This document shows, in pieces, positions 35,533-42,118 of a DNA stretch of 42,118 nucleotides; positions within the stretch are counted from its first letter, which is position 1; each line of letters begins with the position of its first letter. The translations under genes and the position numbers were made by a program. Where the stretch lies: IMG/VR virus record IMGVR_UViG_3300037470_000209, positions 1 through 42,118 of that record; one strand, 5' to 3'. The notes beneath the pieces are model-generated. The model saw only the letters and a program-made list of their open reading frames with translations, made no database searches and was not told the DNA's origin. Source of the stretch: a virus. Lineage: Duplodnaviria > Caudoviricetes.

Positions 35533-35754
35533 TCAATCACCCTTTCCGGCGAGGCCGCAGTAGCCTGGCATGGGGCCTTGATCGCCAAACGAATAGCTCC
35601 CCCACCGCCACGCCATGCACGCGGAGCCGATGCAGTTGCACTCATCGTCCATCCGCGTCATGCGATTAGCCGACACTGCGTCGCCATTGACAGCGACCGA
35701 TGCAACACGCGCAAACGGACACCATTTGGATTGAGCCTGTTCCTCGGTCAGCAT
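35533..35754 (-). CDS. Cys-rich hypothetical protein
   Basis: KWCPFARV...CIGSACMAWRW...GYCGLAG. Confidence 0.75.
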   Translation of the reverse strand: MLTEEQAQSKWCPFARVASVAVNGDAVSANRMTRMDDECNCIGSACMAWRWGSYSFGDQGPMPGYCGLAGKGD

Positions 35755-36032
35755 CACACCGTTCTCCCGTAATGCCACGCGCGCAGCCCGCGCTCATGCC
35801 GCTCATCGGCCTCCCGGTCTGCGATGACCTCGGGGTCATGCTCGTCGTCGCGCTCGGACTGTTCCGCGATGAGGAAAGCAACGTCGCCGATGTCATCCTC
35901 AAGGGAGAGCTTGAGCATCTTTATGTCGCCGTCCGCCCCGGCAACCTCACATGCGATGACAGCGGTGAACGCCGCATCCAGTGCGATCCGTAGCTGCTCA
36001 AGGGCGCGGGCTTCTGGCGAACGGGCGGTCAT
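35754..36032 (-). CDS. Hypothetical protein
   Basis: Coupled on both sides. Confidence 0.65.
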   Translation of the reverse strand: MTARSPEARALEQLRIALDAAFTAVIACEVAGADGDIKMLKLSLEDDIGDVAFLIAEQSERDDEHDPEVIADREADERHERGLRAWHYGRTV

Positions 36033-36160
36033 GGCCATTCCATATAATGAGGTTGGGCCGGCTCATTGCTGCCAAAGACGCAGCCGTGAACTGCGACGTA
36101 TACGGTCAATGCAATGCCCGCATAGAGCCAGACGGTTAGAATGATTGAGATGGCGGTCAT
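36029..36160 (-). CDS. 43-aa TM peptide
   Basis: MTAISIILTVWLYAGIALTVYVAVHG...; ATGA coupling at both ends. Confidence 0.55.
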   Translation of the reverse strand: MTAISIILTVWLYAGIALTVYVAVHGCVFGSNEPAQPHYMEWP

Positions 36161-36333
36161 GGGGTGGGGTCCTCGAAATCGAACGGCGGCCGCTCAACGC
36201 GCTTGACGGCGACGATCCGGTACCCGGCCGCGTCGAGGGCGGAGAGGATGTCGTCTGCAACGCCGGCCGGTGCTGGCGTGAGCGGGCCAAATCGTCGGTC
36301 AACGAATTCCGCAATCACATCTCTCGGGCTCAT
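36157..36333 (-). CDS. Hypothetical protein (paralogous to 949-1242)
   Basis: GAGGA RBS; RDVIAE...ALDAAGYRIV. Confidence 0.7.
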   Translation of the reverse strand: MSPRDVIAEFVDRRFGPLTPAPAGVADDILSALDAAGYRIVAVKRVERPPFDFEDPTP

Positions 36334-36542
36334 GTCCGGTTGTTCCTCTCCAGCAGCGCCGTGGCGTCCTGGCACCATTCAACGGCGAACGAAATCTGCG
36401 TTGCCTCCCGCTCCAACAGCACGTCCATATTGCTGCGCCACAGCACATCCAAATCCCGCGACATCATCGCCAGATCAGCCCATATGCGGTGACGGCGTGC
36501 GGCGCGGCGTTCATCGGGCGTGCGGCGGCGGAAGAGGGACAT
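36330..36542 (-). CDS. Hypothetical protein
   Basis: GGAGG RBS; coupled. Confidence 0.65.
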   Translation of the reverse strand: MSLFRRRTPDERRAARRHRIWADLAMMSRDLDVLWRSNMDVLLEREATQISFAVEWCQDATALLERNNRT

Positions 36543-36547
36543 GGCGT

Positions 36548-36907
36548 CTATACCTCCGGCTTGAGGCCGAGCAATTTGGCAGTCAGGCACCACGCGCGCG
36601 GTGCTGACGTGTTGAAGTAGTAGCGTGGGCCGTCCGGCCACAGCGTAATGTCGTGACCCAACCCAACTGCCTTGCAGACCGCCTCTGGATGCAGCTTGAG
36701 CACCGCCGGGCGGCCCCAGCCGTGCGCACCCGGACCGCCGGGGCGTTGATGTCCGACGCTGCGGCGCTCGGCCTCTCGATCGCGAACCTCGACAAATTCC
36801 TGCTCGGCGATGCGGGCCGCAGCGATGATCGCGGCTTTCGTCTTGGGCGCGCCCCGCGCCGCTTCGGCTAGCGAGTCGAGATGAACCATGATGTTGAGCA
36901 GGTCCAT
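36548..36907 (-). CDS. Hypothetical protein
   Basis: Coupled to the upstream gene. Confidence 0.6.
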   Translation of the reverse strand: MDLLNIMVHLDSLAEAARGAPKTKAAIIAAARIAEQEFVEVRDREAERRSVGHQRPGGPGAHGWGRPAVLKLHPEAVCKAVGLGHDITLWPDGPRYYFNTSAPRAWCLTAKLLGLKPEV

Positions 36908-37212
36908 CACATCGTCCCCGGACACATCCAGGCGAGGGCCTGGACCATCTCGCACTCGGACTCTTCGAGCGGGCGGCCCTCGGCGTGCTGGATCGCATGG
37001 CAGTGCTCATGGGCCTGCAGGGGAAAGTTGTCGGCCCGCGCCACGATGGTGGTCGAGCCATCGGCCCAGACGATGAAGCTCCCCAGGCAATTCGGCCGGC
37101 CGCTCGTCTCGCAGAAATTCGGCCCCGGCGTGTCGTCGATGTAGCGGTCGGCCATGACGGGCTGAGCGTTCATAAGCATTGCGGCACAGGCGGCGGCGAG
37201 GGTTGCTGACAT
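36907..37212 (-). CDS. Minimal HExxH zinc metalloprotease-like protein (101 aa)
   Basis: AHEHCHAIQH...EESEC; strong RBS; hydrophobic N-terminus; first gene after pL. Confidence 0.6.
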   Translation of the reverse strand: MSATLAAACAAMLMNAQPVMADRYIDDTPGPNFCETSGRPNCLGSFIVWADGSTTIVARADNFPLQAHEHCHAIQHAEGRPLEESECEMVQALAWMCPGTM

Positions 37213-37357
37213 AGTGTTCTCTCCCTTCCCTGAGAATCCCCCCGGCCAGCACCATGCCGGCCGGGGGTAGTCACATTCGCCTCTACAGATCCACAGGGGA
37301 AGATCCGGAGGCGCGCCCCAGGGGAGGACGGGGCGATCAGCAGGAGCTGATGAGGGG

Positions 37358-37386
37358 ATATTGCCACAGCATTGCCAGAGAGGCAA
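37358..37386 (-). promoter_or_regulatory. pL-like promoter with overlapping operator OL
   Basis: -35 TTGCCT, N17, -10 CAATAT on the minus strand; palindrome TTGCC-AGAGA-GGCAA at 37372-37386. Confidence 0.65.
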
Positions 37387-37407
37387 GTGGAAAAATGGGG
37401 CAAGGGC

Positions 37408-37435
37408 AAAAAAAGACCCCGCGCTAGGCGGGGCC
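37408..37435 (-). terminator. Intrinsic terminator after cI
   Basis: Minus strand GGCCCCGC-ctagc-GCGGGGTC-T7. Confidence 0.8.
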
Positions 37436-37476
37436 TGAGTTCTAGAGCTGTGGCTCTTCTTGCCTGCAGGGGAACG

Positions 37477-37914
37477 TTACGACGTTCTTCCCCGCTTCTG
37501 AGGGCGCGCGCCACGGGTCGAAGGCGTCCCCATCAAGGCGTCCACATATGGTTCCAGCAGGGATATCTGCTGGCCTGTCATATGCGTGATCTTGTTGATA
37601 AGCGTCAGTTTGGCTTCCACCGTTGCAGCCTCCCGATCTGGTACGGCCCTGTGACCAAAATCGGGCGATTCCTTTAACAAGGGGTTAACGGATGCCTCCC
37701 CCTGTACATCCTCATGGTTAATTTCTTCGACTGCTAGTAGATCGGCCTCAGGCACCCCCAACACCTGGGCCACGACCGGGCGGCTTTCATTGCTTAGATT
37801 CCGCTCGCCCCGCTCGACGCGCGACAGAAACGTCGTCGAGTAGCCGGTTTTCTCGGCCAACGTCTCTAGGGACATCTTTTTCTTTTTGCGGAGCGTTCGG
37901 ACTATCGAGGCCAT
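37477..37914 (-). CDS. CI-like XRE repressor lacking an S24 peptidase domain (145 aa)
   Basis: VRTLRKKKKMSLETLAEKTGYSTTFLSRVERGER HTH; divergent from cro. Confidence 0.85.
   Translation of the reverse strand: MASIVRTLRKKKKMSLETLAEKTGYSTTFLSRVERGERNLSNESRPVVAQVLGVPEADLLAVEEINHEDVQGEASVNPLLKESPDFGHRAVPDREAATVEAKLTLINKITHMTGQQISLLEPYVDALMGTPSTRGARPQKRGRTS
37674..37689. promoter_or_regulatory. CtrA-box consensus match
   Basis: TTAA-CAAGGGG-TTAAC. Confidence 0.45.
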
Positions 37915-37920
37915 GCCGTG

Positions 37921-38012
37921 ATCCTGCCGTAAGGGCAGGATGGCCGCCAGATCCAGCGCGGCAAGGGCATTGCCAGATTGATCTTGCATTCCCCTTGCCG
38001 TCATGGCACATT
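37921..38012. promoter_or_regulatory. OR region: operators and pR-like promoter
   Basis: ATCCTGCC-GTAAG-GGCAGGAT 37921-37941 and TGCC-GTCAT-GGCA 37996-38008 share the TGCC-N5-GGCA core with OL; TTGCAT-N17-CACATT at 37984-38012. Confidence 0.7.
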
Positions 38013-38022
38013 GTCAATCGCA

Positions 38023-38223
38023 ATGACCCTCAAAGAATATCTCACCTGGAAAAGCCTGACCGATACCGCCTTCGCGCGGGAGATCGGCGTGGTGCCCTCA
38101 ACCGTGCTGCGGCTCAAGAGCGGCGACCGCTCGCCCAGCATGGCCCTAGCCCGAAAGATCATGGAAGCGACCGGCGGCAAAGTGCGGCCCGACGATTTCC
38201 TGCATCAGCAAGGAGCCGCCTGA
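38023..38223 (+). CDS. cro: Cro-like HTH protein
   Basis: MTLKEYL...FAREIGV---TV-RL--G-R-PS--LA-KI---TGGKV---D. Confidence 0.88.
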   Translation: MTLKEYLTWKSLTDTAFAREIGVVPSTVLRLKSGDRSPSMALARKIMEATGGKVRPDDFLHQQGAA

Positions 38224-38384
38224 TGTCCTGGCTCATCCCCACGTCTCCGCTCGGCTGGATGCTACTGAGCTGCGTGGTGATCGTCGCCACCTCGGCAGCC
38301 CTTGGCAGTCTGGCCGGCTGGATCGACAGGTGGATGCGCCGGCAACTGGATGAGCCGGACGATTCCGACGCGGCCGGAGCCTGA
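38223..38384 (+). CDS. 53-aa TM peptide
   Basis: TGATG coupling; hydrophobic segment. Confidence 0.55.
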   Translation: MSWLIPTSPLGWMLLSCVVIVATSAALGSLAGWIDRWMRRQLDEPDDSDAAGA

Positions 38385-38390
38385 CGCGCG

Positions 38391-38906
38391 ATGCGCATCA
38401 TCCCGATCAGCAAAGGTTACGAGACCATCGTCGATGACGAGGATTACGAGTGGCTGTCGCAATACGCATGGATGGCGCTGGTCAAATACCGGAAGAGCGG
38501 CCGGATTTATGTCATGGCGCGCCGATTGGCGCCGCGGCGCGGTGGTCGATTGAGGAAAACCCTGCTGATGCATCGCGAAATCATGCGTGCCGCTGAAGGT
38601 CAGCAAATCGACCACAGGAACAGAAACCCGCTCGACAATCGGCGGGAAAATTTGCGGTTCTGCACGGCAGCGCAGAATAACGTTAATCAAGATGTCGCTG
38701 GCGCCAGCGGATACCGGGGCGTTCGTAAAACCGCCACCGCAGGCAAGTGGCGCGCCGACATAGCAGTCAACGGGCAGAAGATCTGCTTGGGCGGCGCGTT
38801 CTGCACGCCGGAGGCTGCCGCCGCTGCCTACAACGTCGCCGCCATACAGCACTACGGCGAATTCGCCTTTCTCAACGACGTGGTGAATGGTCCCCGTCAT
38901 GGGTGA
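38391..38906 (+). CDS. HNH-AP2 endonuclease
   Basis: G----VDDEDY...MHREIM...IDH-N-N-LDNRRENLR; AP2 domain SGYRGV...KWRA-I...AAAAYN-AA---YGEFA-LN. Confidence 0.93.
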   Translation: MRIIPISKGYETIVDDEDYEWLSQYAWMALVKYRKSGRIYVMARRLAPRRGGRLRKTLLMHREIMRAAEGQQIDHRNRNPLDNRRENLRFCTAAQNNVNQDVAGASGYRGVRKTATAGKWRADIAVNGQKICLGGAFCTPEAAAAAYNVAAIQHYGEFAFLNDVVNGPRHG

Positions 38907-39207
38907 ACTAATCCAATTTCCTGCCGGCCGCGTTCGCCAAAACACGTCCGGCAACATCACCGAGGCTCTCGGGCGCCAACCCGTCCCCTCGTTCGATCTG
39001 GTCCGCAAGAACCATCAACTGTCTGCCCGCTTCGATGCAGCACTCGGCCGTCTCGCGGAAGCAAACCGCAAGATCGCGGCATGCATCCGGTTCGGGGAAC
39101 TGCTTATCGAACATCAGGCGCATCAGTCTGTCCTCTCTTCTCCGTCCCAACAGTGTGATGGAGATGAGAAGAAATGCCCAGAGGACAGGACCCCAAGGTT
39201 GCCATGA
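38899..39207 (+). CDS. Hypothetical protein
   Basis: MGELIQFP start; coupled to the next gene. Confidence 0.5.
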   Translation: MGELIQFPAGRVRQNTSGNITEALGRQPVPSFDLVRKNHQLSARFDAALGRLAEANRKIAACIRFGELLIEHQAHQSVLSSPSQQCDGDEKKCPEDRTPRLP

Positions 39208-39521
39208 CGTTCCGGTCCCGATTCACCAATGCATTGTGCCGCAGGATTTGGCCGCAGACCGATTTGGCGCGCAAGCAGCTCGCGCATGCCATCGGAGTGA
39301 GCGGCGGGACGCTGGATCTGTGGCTGCGTGGCCACGGGAGCCCGAGCGCCGAGGCGTTGGCGGAGCTGGTGAGGTTCTTTCACAGCCGGGGCGACCGGCT
39401 TTTCAAATACGAGGTTTTCAACATCGAGCCCCCGCCCATGGTGCCCGAGCCCCTGTTGGCAGCCCTGCAAGCCTACCGGCAGGCAGAGGCGCGGCAGGGC
39501 AGGGAATTGGAGATGGCATGA
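39204..39521 (+). CDS. HTH protein (cII-like position)
   Basis: KQLAHAIGVS-GT---WL-G---PS-EAL--L. Confidence 0.75.
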   Translation: MTFRSRFTNALCRRIWPQTDLARKQLAHAIGVSGGTLDLWLRGHGSPSAEALAELVRFFHSRGDRLFKYEVFNIEPPPMVPEPLLAALQAYRQAEARQGRELEMA

Positions 39522-39868
39522 CCTCAGAGGCCGCCCTACACCGTCAGGTCGCCAAGTTCCTTGATGCCGCTCTATGCCCGGAGGTGTTCTGGACGACCAT
39601 TGACCATGCCGGCGGCGGGAAGGTCCTGGGAGCCCAGCGCAAGGCCCGTGGGGCGCGCAAGGGCATTCCCGATTTGCTCATCGTCCACAAGGGTCACGCC
39701 TACTGGATCGAGCTGAAAACAGCCAAGGGCCGGGTGTCCAAGGCGCAAGAGGATGTTTCGGACCGGCTCCTGACGGCCGGTTGCTGGGTCTATGTCTGTC
39801 GTTCAATCGAGGAAGTCCAATCCGCCGTCCTGAAATGGGATCTGCCGTTGAGAGGGAGGATCGCATGA
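39518..39868 (+). CDS. VRR-NUC nuclease (Holliday junction resolvase-like)
   Basis: E--L...G---GIPDL...WIELKT-KGRVS--Q. Confidence 0.92.
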   Translation: MTSEAALHRQVAKFLDAALCPEVFWTTIDHAGGGKVLGAQRKARGARKGIPDLLIVHKGHAYWIELKTAKGRVSKAQEDVSDRLLTAGCWVYVCRSIEEVQSAVLKWDLPLRGRIA

Positions 39869-40041
39869 CCCCCGCCCAACGCCGCCTGCAGAAGCTCCGC
39901 GACCAGTTGGAGCAGATAGACGCCCTGACCGCATCAGGCGCCGTCACGTATACGCCGGAACTCGACAGCGCAATGGCGCAGCTCCGGGAAGAAATCGACG
40001 ACCTGTCAGACCGCATCCCAACATCGGAGGTATCGTCATGA
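39865..40041 (+). CDS. Small coiled-coil protein
   Basis: GGAGG RBS; coupled. Confidence 0.6.
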   Translation: MTPAQRRLQKLRDQLEQIDALTASGAVTYTPELDSAMAQLREEIDDLSDRIPTSEVSS

Positions 40042-40265
40042 GCATCGCAGTTGTTGCTTTTCTCTGCGCCGTCTCGATTCCCCATGCCGAGTGTGGACGG
40101 GACACTGCTATCGATGTCCTGACCTTCCCGCCGGCACAGTCCGAACTCACGTGCCTACGCGATTCGATGCAGACGCTGGCAGACCTCGCCATCCAGCCCC
40201 GAGAGGGCGAGCGCTGGGTTGTGAAATGCACCCGGACCGAGATTGGCCGGGAGAGCGTTGGTTGA
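40038..40265 (+). CDS. Small four-Cys hypothetical protein, possibly exported
   Basis: GGAGG RBS; hydrophobic N-terminus. Confidence 0.65.
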   Translation: MSIAVVAFLCAVSIPHAECGRDTAIDVLTFPPAQSELTCLRDSMQTLADLAIQPREGERWVVKCTRTEIGRESVG

Positions 40266-40537
40266 CACCAGAACAGCTTGCGCTGCTGAAAGAGATGGAG
40301 GACGCACCTGTCCGCCCGCACGGCAAGCTTCGCCGCGAGCCTGTCCCGCATGGTCACGTCATGCCACCCGGCACTGGGCCGGAGGGCGAGACGTGCGGAT
40401 CATGCGCGCACATGACCCGGAAGCGGATGGGCAAGGTCTATCTGAAATGTGGGCTCAACGTTGCGAAATGGACCAGTGGACGCGGCTCCGACATTCGGGC
40501 GAAGGACGCAGCCTGCAAGAAGTGGGTCGGTGCATGA
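40262..40537 (+). CDS. Cys-motif hypothetical phage protein
   Basis: PPGTGPEGETCGSC-H...Y-KC-L---WT-G--SDIR-KD-AC--W. Confidence 0.75.
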   Translation: MTPEQLALLKEMEDAPVRPHGKLRREPVPHGHVMPPGTGPEGETCGSCAHMTRKRMGKVYLKCGLNVAKWTSGRGSDIRAKDAACKKWVGA

Positions 40538-40725
40538 TCCACCCCTCGCAGGTTGCCCGCGCCGTCGACACAACCAACGAAACCGGCCTGCTGCCTGTAG
40601 CCATAGCCGCAGCGGCCTTGACGAACGCCCTGGAAGCCGAGTGGCCTTATCTCGCCCGTATGCCCGCACATGTCCGGGTGCATTTGGATGCGCTCAGGGA
40701 TGCTCTTGAGGGAGCAGGGAGATGA
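40534..40725 (+). CDS. Hypothetical protein
   Basis: ATGA coupling at both ends. Confidence 0.6.
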   Translation: MIHPSQVARAVDTTNETGLLPVAIAAAALTNALEAEWPYLARMPAHVRVHLDALRDALEGAGR

Positions 40726-41378
40726 GCGACGGCGGCACAGCATGGGCGCGCGGCATATCGCCCGACAAAACGAATGCGGAGCGCGACCATTTTTACCCGA
40801 CGCCACCCGAAGGGACCCGCGCCCTGCTGTCGGTCGAATCCTTCAATGGCGACATTTGGGAACCGGCATGTGGCGACGGGGCGATCAGCCGGGAGCTTGA
40901 GGCCGCTGGCTACAGCGTGACCAGCACCGACCTCATTGACCGAGGGTACGGAACGCCTGGGGTCGACTTCCTGCTCGACTATCAGACTGTGTGCCCAAAC
41001 ATCGTTACCAATCCGCCGTTCAAGTTGGCCGGGGAATTCGCCCGCCACGCCTTAGCCCGTTCAACACGCAAAGTCTGCATGTTGGCGCGGCTCGCATGGC
41101 TGGAGGGAAAATCCAGGGGTGAGTTCTTCCAGTCATCGCCCCTTGCCCGCGTGTGGGTGTTTTCCTCTCGCCTGAATATGCAACGGGCTAGGCAGGCAGA
41201 GAAGGCCGACGCGGGCGGAATGATCGCCTTCGCATGGTTCGTTTGGGAGCACGGGCACCAGGGGCAACCGCATATCGGGTGGCTGCCCAATCTCCGGTAC
41301 GACGGCCAGGACGACTCCCGCAAATCATGGGAACTGGGGATAGCAGAGATGCGCAGGCGCCATGAGGCCGCGAAATGA
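40722..41378 (+). CDS. Orphan amino DNA methyltransferase (motif I before NPPF)
   Basis: D-YPTP, IWEPACGDGAI, IVTNPPF, FAWFVW. Confidence 0.85.
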   Translation: MSDGGTAWARGISPDKTNAERDHFYPTPPEGTRALLSVESFNGDIWEPACGDGAISRELEAAGYSVTSTDLIDRGYGTPGVDFLLDYQTVCPNIVTNPPFKLAGEFARHALARSTRKVCMLARLAWLEGKSRGEFFQSSPLARVWVFSSRLNMQRARQAEKADAGGMIAFAWFVWEHGHQGQPHIGWLPNLRYDGQDDSRKSWELGIAEMRRRHEAAK

Positions 41379-41746
41379 ACTACCGCCCGTCTGAATTTTA
41401 CCAAGACGTGATGCGGCTGCGCAAAGAGAACAAGACGCTGCGTGAGATCGGCGAAATCTTGGGCGTCAACAAGAACGTCATCACCGGCGTTATCCAGCGC
41501 CTAGCCCGTGAGGGCTGGTCCCACCCGTACATGAAGCCCGGCCGCAAAACCGATGACTCCACATACGACCCTCCCCAGCCTTGGGAAGACGTTGAACTGC
41601 GCGAGCGGTTGTTTGCCGGGGCGGTGTTCGAGGATCAGCCGCGCATAGCCAAGCCCAGGACTCCGGCCCGTATGGGTTCCCCGCTCCATCACTCGCCAAC
41701 GGGATCGTCCATGCAGACCTGCGTTGATGGTGGGGTGGGCGGATGA
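41375..41746 (+). CDS. GcrA-like N-terminal HTH protein
   Basis: L--E-KT--EIGE-LGV-KN---G---RL. Confidence 0.6.
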   Translation: MNYRPSEFYQDVMRLRKENKTLREIGEILGVNKNVITGVIQRLAREGWSHPYMKPGRKTDDSTYDPPQPWEDVELRERLFAGAVFEDQPRIAKPRTPARMGSPLHHSPTGSSMQTCVDGGVGG

Positions 41747-42118
41747 GCTTCGATGAGTTCTGGTCCATCTATCCCCGCAAGATCGCCAAGGGCGCGGCGC
41801 GCAAGGCATGGAATGCGGCGATCAAGAAAGCTGCTCCCCTGGACATCATTGCCGGCGTGTCGCGCTACACGGCCTCGCTATCGGATCAGCGGACGGCCAA
41901 GGGATGGGCTCCTGATATCTGCCATCCAGCTACTTTTCTCAACGCAGAGCGGTGGAATGACTGTTCCGAATCAGATGGACATAGTACACTGAAAACGCCC
42001 GTGGATAAAGAGGAAGTGCGCGTTCGCATGGTGGCCGACTGCATCAAGCGGGGCATTTATTCCGCATCCACACCTGATCATTTCGCTCGCCTTGCGGTTG
42101 CGCGTGGATACGTCGAGG
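41743..42118 (+). CDS. Phage replication-initiator C-terminal-type protein, 5' part (136 aa total; wraps the junction and stops at 160-162)
   Basis: Hand translation MSFDEFWSIYPRKIAKGAARKAWNAA...CHPATFLNAERWND matches the FxxFWxxYPRK...HPxTxLNxxRWxD pattern of phage replication proteins; ATGA coupling at both ends; absent from the ORF track because it wraps. Confidence 0.75.
   Translation, partial: MSFDEFWSIYPRKIAKGAARKAWNAAIKKAAPLDIIAGVSRYTASLSDQRTAKGWAPDICHPATFLNAERWNDCSESDGHSTLKTPVDKEEVRVRMVADCIKRGIYSASTPDHFARLAVARGYVE
41992..42118. repeat. Terminal direct repeat, copy 2
   Basis: Identical to 1-127. Confidence 0.97.

Overview
The window is an apparently complete, circular ~42-kb (41,991 bp plus a 127-bp end overlap) GC-rich podovirus genome with a P22-like head and short tail. 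The host is probably an alphaproteobacterium (GcrA-like and CtrA/OmpR-like HTH genes, one perfect CtrA box). The rightward arm carries cro, HNH-AP2, a cII-like HTH, VRR-NUC, two DNA methyltransferases, a truncated replication-type protein spanning the contig junction, a Q-position gene, terS/terL, portal, scaffold, coat, tail and ejection proteins, a metallophosphoesterase/DUF6378 block, a GH24 endolysin, holin-like proteins and overlapping spanins. The leftward arm carries cI, a HExxH mini-zincin, many small genes, a Sak/Rad52 annealase, HNH nucleases and an RMF-like protein. I could find no integrase, helicase, primase or partition gene. Most notable observations: (i) two ~340-420-nt intergenic regions made almost entirely of stem-loops (457-880, 25720-26060), plus a 102-nt non-canonical tRNA-like element; (ii) a Maf/DUF115-like transferase in the head operon, suggesting virion glycosylation; (iii) a tail protein combining a LamG-like domain and an M14 zinc carboxypeptidase within a repeat scaffold; (iv) a repressor lacking a protease domain next to an ImmA-like zincin; (v) a 20-aa peptide shared by two unrelated proteins. 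All family assignments come from motif recognition by eye, not from database searches.
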